From: Patescibacteria group bacterium
Lineage (GTDB): Bacteria > Patescibacteriota > Patescibacteriia > UBA9570
Assembly: GCA_041665365.1 (NCBI GenBank)
Contig: JBAYIY010000004.1
Span: 8,610-72,609, forward strand
Direction: 5' to 3'
DNA: 64,000 nucleotides
Of the stretch, positions 30,024 through 39,215 are shown in pieces. The notes beneath the pieces were generated by a model that was not told where the DNA came from, ran no database searches, and was given only the letters and a program-made list of their open reading frames with translations. The stretch's first letter is position 1, and every line of letters begins with the position of its first letter. The translations under genes were made by a program, and so were the position numbers.

Positions 30024-30492
30024 ATAGTTTTACTTGGAGTGTATCCGGACAGTTATCTAATAATTGTTTAATAGTTTTACCAGACCGGGGTTCTATTATT
30101 AATTGTGCGACATCTGATAGTGGTTGAAGAAAAAAATTTCTATCAGCCAAAGCCCGATGAGGGATAATTAACTCATCCGACGCTAGTACTGTATCGTTAT
30201 ATAGTAAGATGTCAATATCAATTTCACGATCAGTGTAGCCGGGGTATGGTTTGCGGCCTAAAGCCTGTTCGATTTGTTTACAGCTCGCTAACAAAATATC
30301 TGGTTCCAGTGAAGTATCTAACACCACCACTTGGTTTAAGTGCCAACCGTGGGCACTAGCCCCAAGTGGCTCGGTTTCATAAATGGGTGATAATTCTATA
30401 ACTCGGCCACACTGTTCTAAGGCGGTGATAGCGCGATCCAAATAATCAAGGCGCGGTTCGATGTTACTGCCGATGCCCAGGTAAGCCCGCAT
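30010..30492 (-). CDS. folK: 6-hydroxymethyl-7,8-dihydropterin pyrophosphokinase
   Basis: AYLGIGSN, SPIYETEP, REIDIDILLY, LIIPH; TAATG coupling to the upstream PTPS gene. Confidence 0.93.
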   Translation of the reverse strand: MRAYLGIGSNIEPRLDYLDRAITALEQCGRVIELSPIYETEPLGASAHGWHLNQVVVLDTSLEPDILLASCKQIEQALGRKPYPGYTDREIDIDILLYNDTVLASDELIIPHRALADRNFFLQPLSDVAQLIIEPRSGKTIKQLLDNCPDTLQVKLYEPN

Positions 30493-30839
30493 TAGCCGGT
30501 GTAGGTTACTGATGATGTGTCTGTTTCCCAAAGCTGAATGGTTGTTACTGGTATATATTTCTTTAATTCAGTAAATATCCATTCAGCCACTAGCTCACAA
30601 GTTGGATTAGAAAATCTGTCATTTAAATTTGTATGATCCAAAATATCTAGTATGTGTTTTTTTACCAGATTTTTTAATTCCGTAAAATCTATCACTAGAT
30701 CATCATTGTTTAATGGCCCAGTGACAGTAACAGCCAGACGATAATTGTGACCATGTAAATTTTCACATTTACCATGATATTTTGTCAAGAAATGTGCAGC
30801 CGAAAAAGTAAACTCTTTAGTAACACTAATTGTTGTCAT
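30492..30839 (-). CDS. queD: 6-pyruvoyl-tetrahydropterin synthase family protein (QueD / PTPS-I/III type)
   Basis: FSAAH, CENLHGHNY, DF..LK, LDHTNLN, PTCE, LWET. Confidence 0.85.
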   Translation of the reverse strand: MTTISVTKEFTFSAAHFLTKYHGKCENLHGHNYRLAVTVTGPLNNDDLVIDFTELKNLVKKHILDILDHTNLNDRFSNPTCELVAEWIFTELKKYIPVTTIQLWETDTSSVTYTG

Positions 30840-32520
30840 AAAAACTCAGGCTGTCGGCCATAGATTGTAAATCGGTTTTATCGGTTTCTTTCAAACCAGC
30901 ATCGCGTTGCACAGTAAATAAATAAACCGTGTTGTTATGTAAAAGAGCCGCTTCAGCGTTGATAGAATTAGTAATCATACCATCGGGGCGATTTACACTT
31001 AACCATTGGTTGAGTGTTATACCGGGTGCGCTGTACGGTTTAAGCGTGATACTGTAGCCAGTCCAGGCGGTACTGGAGAGAAAGGTAGTTTCGGTAGAAT
31101 AAAATACTATAGTGCCGTCCGGTAAAATTTTACCAGTGAGATTACTTGGGTGTAAAACCGTAAATAGATCGGTGCTAAAAAATTTCCGCGTGGGTTGAAT
31201 AGCACCCAGTTTGGCCAGTTGTATATAATTATTACCTTGATCGGTGAGATTAGTCTTAATGGCATTATCAACGCGCCAAATTACATTACCGGTATCATCT
31301 TTTATTACCAGTGTTACCGTTGGCACATCAGGAAATGTAGCAAAGATGGTTTTTAGGGTATCCAAGAATGTGGTTTCAACCGGTGGTTTATAAACGAATT
31401 CAACATACAAACCTTGATCAGTGGTCGTGAAACGATATGTCTTAAGATCGATCTTTAACTTAGCCACGATGTTTCTTATTGTATTATTGTAGTTATCCCA
31501 TTCATCAGCGGTGGTAGTAAATGTACCGGTTGTGGTTGGAGTGCTTGGAATATCTGGTTCAATTGTAACTGGTAGTGAGCTATAACTGGGTTGATAGGCA
31601 AAGGCCGTTAACTTACCAGCGGTTTTGGCTGGGACTTCCTGAGTAATTTGATTGAAGCGATTATAAGCTAACCAAGTATTGCGCCAGGGGTGAAAAAATA
31701 ACCATTGACTACCATCCGTTGACCAAACCACTACTGGTACACCAACCCGATCTAATATTTTATGTTCTTCGGCTTTTGTCCCATCGCGTTGTAACACCAA
31801 AACATAGGGTGAAAACGGTTCAGGATTTTGCGTTGCACTAGTTACTACTAATCCAAACTCATTAGCTGTAATCCAACTTAATGAATGAAACTCATAAAAC
31901 GGTAAACTAATCGAGTTATATAACTCCGCGCCAGCTAAATCAACCGAAATAATTTTTTGACTATTTTCCACAAAAGCCATTTCACTACCGTCAGGTGCAA
32001 ACACTAGTTGATCATACAGTGCTCCAGTTGTGCCGGTATAAATAATTTTATCTTCGGCTGTAGCAATAGTATATAAATGTAATTGTTCGTTACTAAACCA
32101 AGCTACATACAATTCTGCTGAATCAACCGCTATAGCTTGAGGTTGAATGGACAGTTGACCAATTGTTCTTGTACCGGATGATTCGTGTAGAGACATTACA
32201 CCATTGGTCACACCATACCAATGATTAGTCGCGAGCAGATAATTGCTCAGTAATTCTTGGCTTTGATCAGATAAAGCCAGACTGGCCGTACTGGCAGTAT
32301 CGGTCGCGTAAACCGTTTTACCGGTCTCACTGGTACTAAGAAAAACCACTAGGCCGGCACTAATATCCAAAAAAGTTTTTTGGTCGATCGGCTCTACTGC
32401 TGCGTTTACCGCGGGGGGTGGTGTGGTAGTGGAATGTGGCCATAACCACCAAATAATCCCGGCAATTACAAGCAAACCAGAGGCAAGCACGATAAATATT
32501 AACACCCGTTGGCGATCCAT
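30826..32520 (-). CDS. Membrane-anchored exported protein, probable beta-propeller plus C-terminal domains
   Basis: N-terminal TM; TolB-like FAPDGSEMAFV and WSTDGSQWLF repeats. Confidence 0.7.
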   Translation of the reverse strand: MDRQRVLIFIVLASGLLVIAGIIWWLWPHSTTTPPPAVNAAVEPIDQKTFLDISAGLVVFLSTSETGKTVYATDTASTASLALSDQSQELLSNYLLATNHWYGVTNGVMSLHESSGTRTIGQLSIQPQAIAVDSAELYVAWFSNEQLHLYTIATAEDKIIYTGTTGALYDQLVFAPDGSEMAFVENSQKIISVDLAGAELYNSISLPFYEFHSLSWITANEFGLVVTSATQNPEPFSPYVLVLQRDGTKAEEHKILDRVGVPVVVWSTDGSQWLFFHPWRNTWLAYNRFNQITQEVPAKTAGKLTAFAYQPSYSSLPVTIEPDIPSTPTTTGTFTTTADEWDNYNNTIRNIVAKLKIDLKTYRFTTTDQGLYVEFVYKPPVETTFLDTLKTIFATFPDVPTVTLVIKDDTGNVIWRVDNAIKTNLTDQGNNYIQLAKLGAIQPTRKFFSTDLFTVLHPSNLTGKILPDGTIVFYSTETTFLSSTAWTGYSITLKPYSAPGITLNQWLSVNRPDGMITNSINAEAALLHNNTVYLFTVQRDAGLKETDKTDLQSMADSLSFYDNN

Positions 32521-32554
32521 GGCAGCAATTATATCATTATGCTAATGTACTGTC

Positions 32555-33649
32555 ATGCAAAATATGTTAGAGCGCATTAGTACGATTGGTGAGCAATTAA
32601 ACATTGCCGGCATGCGGGCTAAAGTAGCCACCCTTGAAGCGGAAATGGCGCAGCCCGAGTTTTGGCAAAATCAATCTCATGCCCAAACGGTTAGCCGAAC
32701 CGTGAATGATTTGCGTAAAGAAATTCAAACCTGGGATGACTTGAAAGTGAGTTTGAAAAATCTCCAAGAGATGGCTGATTTAAATCAAACCGAGCCGGAT
32801 CCTGAAATTACCGCCGAACTAGAACTCCAACGCACCGCACTCACCAAACAGTTTACCGAATTAGAGTTTCATTTACTCTTCGGTAAAAAATATGATGATG
32901 CTTCGGCCGTGGTGGCCATTCACGCTGGCGCTGGTGGAGTAGATGCACAAGATTGGGCCGAAATGTTGATGCGTATGATGTTGCGTTATTGTGAACAAAA
33001 AGGTTTTGCCGTGTCTGTGCTTGAAGTGGCACGTGGTAATGAAGCTGGCATAAAATCGGCGACACTGGAAGTAACCGGGCGCTATGCTTATGGTTATTTA
33101 AAAAGTGAACACGGTGTGCATCGCCTCGTGCGGCAATCACCGTTTAACGCTGATGCTTTGCGCCAAACCTCTTTTGCTTTGATTGAAGTGTTACCTGAAC
33201 TGGGGGAATCATCGCCCGTGGAGATTAAAGATGAAGATTTGCGCATCGATGTGTATCGAGCTGGTGGCAAAGGCGGCCAAGGTGTTAATACCACCGATTC
33301 TGCCGTACGCATTACCCATTTAGCCACCAACATCGTGGTCACTTGCCAAAATGAACGCTCGCAACATCAGAACAAAGCCACCGCCATGAAAATCCTGCGC
33401 GCGAAATTACACCAGTTACAACTCCAAGCTGAACAAGCCGAAAAATTAAAACTCAGAGGCGAATACACGTCCGCCGAATGGGGGAATCAAATTCGCTCGT
33501 ATGTGTTACATCCTTATAAGATGGTAAAAGATCATCGTACCGATTATGAAGAATCCGACCCCGACGCAGTGTTAAATGGAAAACTGGAAGGGTTTGTTGA
33601 GGCGTATTTACGTAAGACGGTAGATGCGCGGGTGACGAATGAGGTTTAG
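32555..33649 (+). CDS. prfB: Peptide chain release factor 2 (no programmed frameshift)
   Basis: SPF anticodon-mimic motif, GGQ motif, WGNQIRSYVLHPY; continuous ORF. Confidence 0.97.
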   Translation: MQNMLERISTIGEQLNIAGMRAKVATLEAEMAQPEFWQNQSHAQTVSRTVNDLRKEIQTWDDLKVSLKNLQEMADLNQTEPDPEITAELELQRTALTKQFTELEFHLLFGKKYDDASAVVAIHAGAGGVDAQDWAEMLMRMMLRYCEQKGFAVSVLEVARGNEAGIKSATLEVTGRYAYGYLKSEHGVHRLVRQSPFNADALRQTSFALIEVLPELGESSPVEIKDEDLRIDVYRAGGKGGQGVNTTDSAVRITHLATNIVVTCQNERSQHQNKATAMKILRAKLHQLQLQAEQAEKLKLRGEYTSAEWGNQIRSYVLHPYKMVKDHRTDYEESDPDAVLNGKLEGFVEAYLRKTVDARVTNEV

Positions 33650-33672
33650 AGACTTGGTCGAATTGATCGCTG

Positions 33673-33735
33673 AGGCACTGAAAAAAACTGAAGACCCGCC
33701 TACGCTCAGAGCTTCGGCGGGCAGGCACTGAAAAA
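33673..33735. repeat. Short hairpin element CCCGCCTACGCTCAGAGCTTCGGCGGG between 13-bp direct repeats
   Basis: Hairpin 33695-33721; AGGCACTGAAAAA at 33673-33685 and 33723-33735. Confidence 0.65.
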
Positions 33736-33750
33736 GATTGTAATATGAAT

Positions 33751-33785
33751 CTAGAAGAGATGTGTCACCGGCACGTCTCTTCTAG
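33751..33785. repeat. Degenerate REP-like palindrome, copy 2
   Basis: CTAGAAGAGATGTGTCACCGGCACGTCTCTTCTAG; between convergent prfB and VanW-like genes. Confidence 0.7.
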
Positions 33786-33847
33786 GCTAAACCACACGTT
33801 TACTGACTATGATTACAAATGTAATTCTTGAAAATTAATTCCTTGTT

Positions 33848-34750
33848 TTAAATTGTTATTTCCCGGTTTGTAAAATTCAAAACTTTAAAATTATTTTTTT
33901 GCAGATATTCTTCTGTCACGTCATAAAGTACGGGTACGAAATTTGTGGTAATATTATTTATTTTTATCACCTTATCATTGATTTTTGTTTCTATGCAAAT
34001 TTCATTATATCTAAAATATTTTTTACCTCTTTTGATAAAACAATGATTTTTTTCTAAGACATGAAATTTTTCTTGTATCTGGTGAGGGGATACTATTTGT
34101 CCTTTCAAATGATTATCGGTAAGCCATATTCTTAATTGTAATGGAGATGTAGATATGTTTTTTACTTTCAGATCTATGAAGTTGTATAAAATAGTTGCTC
34201 CACTGCCAAACGGCAAAGTTCTGCCTGAATCAGGAAAAACATCCATAGAATGATGATACCTTTCTACTGTTTCAATTGGTGCATGTAAGAAAATCCAGTA
34301 AAGAAAATTTGATAGTTGGCAGAGTCCGCCACCAATTCCCTCAATAACTTTACCGTTTGATAAAAGCATCCCATCAACATATCCATTTTCATATTTTAGT
34401 TCACCTATAATCTTCCAAATCGAAAAAATATGATTAGGTTCTATTATTATTCCGTTTAATTGCTGAATCGCTTGTTTTAGATTTACAATTTTTTGTTCTT
34501 GCAGTTTTGGATTACTATCTCCGAGTCTTCGTCTTAAAACTGATTGATGTCTTGCTACCACACAATCAAAAAAAACATCGTTTTTTTTGTACTTGATCCT
34601 AAAATCGAAGAAATTTTGAACATCTCTCAACTTATGGCGCAAGAAAATAATTGGTTTTATTAGAAAAGGATATTTTTTTGAAAGGGGAATCCTTTTGGGG
34701 TTTTCGTAATTATAGATATATTCCTCGATCTCTTTCTCTATATTTATCAT
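33848..34750 (-). CDS. VanW-family protein
   Basis: NLKQAIQQLNGIIIEP...FS, GIGGGLCQLSN, ERYHHS, GSGATI..NFIDL; visibly AT-rich. Confidence 0.88.
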   Translation of the reverse strand: MINIEKEIEEYIYNYENPKRIPLSKKYPFLIKPIIFLRHKLRDVQNFFDFRIKYKKNDVFFDCVVARHQSVLRRRLGDSNPKLQEQKIVNLKQAIQQLNGIIIEPNHIFSIWKIIGELKYENGYVDGMLLSNGKVIEGIGGGLCQLSNFLYWIFLHAPIETVERYHHSMDVFPDSGRTLPFGSGATILYNFIDLKVKNISTSPLQLRIWLTDNHLKGQIVSPHQIQEKFHVLEKNHCFIKRGKKYFRYNEICIETKINDKVIKINNITTNFVPVLYDVTEEYLQKNNFKVLNFTNREITI

Positions 34751-34960
34751 AGCTATTCAATACTCATAAGTTAATCATGACTAAAGGAAAAAAATGCTAA
34801 TATAATATTCGCAGATAAACTGATAAAAGTTTCGCTCATATATAGTTAGTGCATTTATGTGTCCAAGAAGGAGGACTTAATACGTACATTAGTACGTTCA
34901 AATCGCCAACGCGGATGAGTGTTTCACATTATAGTAGGTTTGTCAATCCGTACGATATTT

Positions 34961-35034
34961 TCCAGGGATACGCAATCAACCGGTAGGCTCATGGTGAGGA
35001 GCCTGGAGAGGTTGACTAACCCCACCAAATCCTT
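34961..35034 (+). ncRNA. Candidate structured (pseudoknotted) cis-regulatory RNA in the glmS leader
   Basis: Nested stems AGGGAU/AUCCUU, UCAACC/GGUUGA, AGGCUC/GAGCCU; loop UGGUG complementary to downstream CACCA. Confidence 0.55.
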
Positions 35035-35049
35035 CATCCTTACGGCATT

Positions 35050-36882
35050 ATGTGTGGCATCATTGGATATATCGGTAAACAACCAGCTAGCCCAATCATT
35101 ATTGATGGACTAAAACGCATGGAGTATCGTGGTTACGATTCTTCGGGTTTGGCGGTGATAGAAAATGCTGGAGTGGCTTGCCATAAGAAGGTAGGCAAGC
35201 TGGGTAATTTACAAAGAGAGTTAACTAAATATAAATTAGCTGGCACAGTTGGTATTGGGCACACACGCTGGGCGACCCATGGTAAACCAAGTGACAATAA
35301 TGCTCATCCCCACCGCGATTGTCGGGAAGAAATTTATTTGATTCATAATGGCATTATCGAAAATTATCACGATATCAAATCAGCTCTGCAAGCTAAAGGG
35401 CATGCTTTCTATTCCGATACCGACACCGAAGCCCTGGTACATTTAATTGAGGAGTACCATAAAACTTTATCGTTTGAAGAGGCTTTTATAGCGGCGTTGA
35501 ACGATGTGGTGGGTACCTATGGGGTAGTAGCGTTATCGAACAAAGAACCGCGCAAGATTATGGCAGCGCGATTAGGCAGCCCGATGATTTTAGGCATTAT
35601 TGGCGAAGGTGAATACATGGTGGCGTCTGATGTGGCGGCGATTATGAAACACACGCGCGAAGTAATTTATTTAAACGACGGGGAAGTGTGTGTGTTAACT
35701 GATACTGGTTACACCATGAAGGATCTGAAGGCACAAACCATTGATGCCAAAATTCAACGAGTCGATTGGGATATTAACCAGGCGCAAAAGCAAGGCTACA
35801 AACATTTCATGTTAAAAGAAATTCATGAACAACCGGATGTAATCATGAATGCCTTACGTGGCCGTTTAAAACTGGAAGAGGGTTTAGCGCACATGAGTGG
35901 GTTTATTGAACAGGCCGATCGTTTACAAAATACTAATCGCATTATTATTGTCGCGATGGGTACGGCTTTGTATGCTGGGCTAGTGGGCGAGTATATGATC
36001 GAAGAGTATGCCGGTATTCCGGTCGAGGTCGAATCGGCCGCGGAGTTTCGCTATCGTAAACCGATTATCGATGAGCACACTACTGTAATTGCCGTTACCC
36101 AAAGTGGTGAAACGGCTGACTTAATTGCCGCTGTTAAAGAAGCTAAATTAAAAGGGGCTTTAGTACTTGGTTTAGTTAACGTAGTTGGTAGCACTATTGC
36201 CCGCGAGGTGCATGCTGGAGCGTATTGTCATGCTGGCCCGGAAATTGGTGTGGCTTCAACCAAAGCGTTTATGGCGCAACTAACTATGCTTGCCTTAGTG
36301 GCTTTATTTGTTGGTCGCCAACGTGGGTTAAGCGTAGTGATGGGTAATCGCATTGCCAAAGAATTATTAACCCTACCAGAAAAAGTAGAGATTATTTTTG
36401 CTCAAGAAAAAACCATTGCCAAATTGGCGAAAAAATACAGCAAGTATCATGATCTATTTTTCTTAGGGCGAAAATATAATTATCCCATTGCTTATGAGGG
36501 GGCGCTGAAACTAAAAGAGATTTCGTATTTACATGCCGAAGGTTATGGGGCGGGGGATTTAAAACATGGTCCAATTGCTTTGATTGATAAAAACTTTCCA
36601 TCGATTGTATTGGCACCGCAAGATAGTGTCTATGAAAAAGTATTGAGTAACATTCAAGAAGTTAAAGCGCGTAGTGGGCGAGTATTGGCCATTGCCACAG
36701 TTGGAGATAAACATATTGCTGAAGTCGCTGATGATGTGATTTATATTCCCAAAACCTTAGAAATGCTCACACCATTATTAGCCATCGTGCCATTACAATT
36801 ATTGGCTTATTATATCGCCGATACATTAAAGCGAGATATTGATCAGCCGCGCAACCTTGCTAAATCAGTCACAGTGGAGTAA
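35050..36882 (+). CDS. glmS: Glutamine--fructose-6-phosphate aminotransferase
   Basis: MCGIIG, EYRGYDS, GHTRWATHG, QSGETAD, C-terminal PRNLAKSVTVE. Confidence 0.99.
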   Translation: MCGIIGYIGKQPASPIIIDGLKRMEYRGYDSSGLAVIENAGVACHKKVGKLGNLQRELTKYKLAGTVGIGHTRWATHGKPSDNNAHPHRDCREEIYLIHNGIIENYHDIKSALQAKGHAFYSDTDTEALVHLIEEYHKTLSFEEAFIAALNDVVGTYGVVALSNKEPRKIMAARLGSPMILGIIGEGEYMVASDVAAIMKHTREVIYLNDGEVCVLTDTGYTMKDLKAQTIDAKIQRVDWDINQAQKQGYKHFMLKEIHEQPDVIMNALRGRLKLEEGLAHMSGFIEQADRLQNTNRIIIVAMGTALYAGLVGEYMIEEYAGIPVEVESAAEFRYRKPIIDEHTTVIAVTQSGETADLIAAVKEAKLKGALVLGLVNVVGSTIAREVHAGAYCHAGPEIGVASTKAFMAQLTMLALVALFVGRQRGLSVVMGNRIAKELLTLPEKVEIIFAQEKTIAKLAKKYSKYHDLFFLGRKYNYPIAYEGALKLKEISYLHAEGYGAGDLKHGPIALIDKNFPSIVLAPQDSVYEKVLSNIQEVKARSGRVLAIATVGDKHIAEVADDVIYIPKTLEMLTPLLAIVPLQLLAYYIADTLKRDIDQPRNLAKSVTVE

Positions 36883-36891
36883 TATACTTTT

Positions 36892-36924
36892 AAAGAGCGC
36901 TGCCGAAGTATTGGGGCGCTTTTT
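36892..36924 (+). terminator. Terminator-like hairpin between glmS and comEC
   Basis: AAAGAGCGC-TGCCGAAGTATTGGG-GCGCTTTTT; closely resembles 62998-63029. Confidence 0.6.
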
Positions 36925-38238
36925 GTGCATAGATCAACGCTTGTTTGGTTGTCATGGTTAATCTTTATGGCCGGGGTGTGGCATATACCCCAACTAATTA
37001 TCTTTTTAGTAGGTTGTGGTTTTGTCACCAGCTTAATTGGCTGGAAACGTTATGTGTTGTTGGGTTGGTTAATGGGATGTGCCGCCATCGGGGTGGCTTA
37101 TTATGATCAGTTTTTTGTTGACCCAATATATTTAGACGGAGCGAAATTTAATGACACAGTGTTAGTGGATCGTTTACCGGTTTTGCATGAAGGTAGTCAG
37201 CGTTTGGTAGTTGTTACCAAAGAACAACAACATCTGCAACTCGATGCTGACTTGTATCCGGAATATCGTTATGGTGATGTGATAAATCTTAGATGCACCA
37301 TTCGGTTACCTAAACAAATCGAGGGATTTGCTTATGATAAATATTTAGCTCGGTTTCATATTCAAGCTTTATGTGATTATCCAACCACCGCGTTCGTTGC
37401 TACCAACCAAGGTAACAAAATAATTACTAGCATTTATGAGTTTAGAAATAATTTAAGGAAACGGGTTGAGAGTTTATGGCACGAACCGGCCGCGTCATTA
37501 TTATTAGGTGTGTTGATTGGCGAACAAGATACGATTCCTATTTCTATTTATACTAGTTTTCAGCGGGCTGGGGTGGTGCACATTTTAGTTGTGTCCGGCA
37601 TGCACGTGTTGTTGTTGGTGCAATTATTAACCAGTTTTACTAAATGGTTGCCAAAATTTTATCAAACATTAGTGATAGTTTTAGCCTTAACGGCTTTTTG
37701 TGTGCTAACCGGTTTTTCCGCCACCGTCATTCGCGCCACGGTGATGGGATCAATTCCGTTATTAGGTAGATTTATTGGTCGACCACATCGCATTCATCTG
37801 ACGTTAACCTGGGCGGCTGGAGTAATTACTCTGGTGAATCCATATATCTTAGTACACGATGTTGGTTTTCAATTATCGTTTTTAGCCACTTTAGGTTTGG
37901 TGTATATGACGCCGTTTGTTAAACCATTTACCAAATGGTTACCGGAAAAATTTGAATTACGCGATACCGTCACCACTACCTTAGCCGCCACTACCACCAC
38001 AGCACCGTGGATTGGTTATACTTTTGGTACTTGGTCTAATGTGGCCATGCTATCAAACATCGTGGTGCTGCCAACGTCGAATCTCATGTTATTTGCCGGC
38101 GGTGTCATCACAGCCCTGTCTGTATTATTTCCAAATCTAGCGCAAATGTTAGCGACATTATTGGAAGTGATTATAAATTTACTTGTGCAATATGTTGATT
38201 GGTGTGCCGCATTGCCTTATGCCTATATTAAGTGGTAA
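36925..38238 (+). CDS. comEC: ComEC/Rec2 competence membrane channel
   Basis: GVVHILVVSGMHV, SATVIRATVM, DVGFQLSFLAT. Confidence 0.92.
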   Translation: MHRSTLVWLSWLIFMAGVWHIPQLIIFLVGCGFVTSLIGWKRYVLLGWLMGCAAIGVAYYDQFFVDPIYLDGAKFNDTVLVDRLPVLHEGSQRLVVVTKEQQHLQLDADLYPEYRYGDVINLRCTIRLPKQIEGFAYDKYLARFHIQALCDYPTTAFVATNQGNKIITSIYEFRNNLRKRVESLWHEPAASLLLGVLIGEQDTIPISIYTSFQRAGVVHILVVSGMHVLLLVQLLTSFTKWLPKFYQTLVIVLALTAFCVLTGFSATVIRATVMGSIPLLGRFIGRPHRIHLTLTWAAGVITLVNPYILVHDVGFQLSFLATLGLVYMTPFVKPFTKWLPEKFELRDTVTTTLAATTTTAPWIGYTFGTWSNVAMLSNIVVLPTSNLMLFAGGVITALSVLFPNLAQMLATLLEVIINLLVQYVDWCAALPYAYIKW

Positions 38239-39080
38239 AAAATATGTTTACAAAAATAAATAAATTGGTCATTTTAATCTGTGTTGGAGTGGCGCTGTAT
38301 TATTTTTATCAGCAATCTTTACCGGGTAATCTGACTGGTTCGTTTGTAGCATTTTTAGATGTTGGACAAGGCGATGCCATTTATATTCGTACCAGTAATG
38401 GGAGCGATGTGTTGATTGACGGTGGACCGGATCGTAAAATTCTCGAGCAGTTACCCAAAGTGTTAGCGCCACAAGACAATACCATTGAACTGATGTTACT
38501 CACTCATCCGGATGCCGATCATATCGATGGTCTGATTGAAGTGGTGAAGCGGTATAGTGTGAAACAAATTATCACCACAGCCTTGCCAGCCGAAAAATCA
38601 GACTATAAAGAATTATTAAACTTAATCGAAACAAAAAATATTCAACACACCGTAGTACAACAGGGGAATAAAATTGTGTTGGGTGAGCAAGATGATATCG
38701 ATATTTTATACCCTGAAGCGGATACACCTTTGACCACTTTAAGTACCAATAATACTTCATTGGTCGCTGAATATCATTATAAAAATCAAACTACGGAAAA
38801 AACGATCTTATTGGTGGGTGATGCCGAAACTCCAGTGGAGGATGAATTACTCAAACAAAATTTATTGCATGACGTCGATATTTTAAAAGTTGGTCATCAT
38901 GGTAGCAAAACGTCATCCTCAGAAGCATTCTTACAAAAAATTACACCGGAGTTGTGTATCATCGAAGTGGGAAAAGATAATTCGTATGGTCATCCGCACG
39001 CTGAGGTGGTACATAGGTTACAACAGTATTGTGAGATTAAAAGAACTGATGACTGGGGGAATATCGTGATTAACAATTGA
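38232..39080 (+). CDS. ComEC-associated metallo-beta-lactamase-fold nuclease domain (split ComEC)
   Basis: FLDVGQGD, LIDGG, THPDADHIDG, LKVGHHGS, YGHPH. Confidence 0.92.
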   Translation: MVKNMFTKINKLVILICVGVALYYFYQQSLPGNLTGSFVAFLDVGQGDAIYIRTSNGSDVLIDGGPDRKILEQLPKVLAPQDNTIELMLLTHPDADHIDGLIEVVKRYSVKQIITTALPAEKSDYKELLNLIETKNIQHTVVQQGNKIVLGEQDDIDILYPEADTPLTTLSTNNTSLVAEYHYKNQTTEKTILLVGDAETPVEDELLKQNLLHDVDILKVGHHGSKTSSSEAFLQKITPELCIIEVGKDNSYGHPHAEVVHRLQQYCEIKRTDDWGNIVINN

Positions 39081-39113
39081 CCCCCACAATAATATTATAT
39101 ATACTGTCTTGAA

Positions 39114-39190
39114 GTGCTTGTTAGTTTTTGAGATTAACGGTTATTATCCTGTTATATAAAGGATTACTATTAGCCTCAAAAACTAAGCAC
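39114..39190 (+). promoter_or_regulatory. Long imperfect hairpin in the metK leader
   Basis: Follows TTGACC-17 bp-TATACT (39077-39105); stems GTGCTT/AAGCAC, AGTTTTTGAG/CTCAAAAACT, ATCCT/AGGAT. Confidence 0.5.
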
Positions 39191-39215
39191 CAACTTAGTA
39201 ATTAATTACAAAAAT

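Noticed and set aside
34771-34839. 22-aa minus-strand ORF (MSETFISLSANIILAFFSFSHD) upstream of the VanW gene as a leader peptide
   Set aside because: No attenuator structure or RBS seen; compatible with chance.
34860-35049. Canonical glmS ribozyme
   Set aside because: No AGCGCC cleavage-site or GACGAGG core found; reported instead as a distinct candidate structure.
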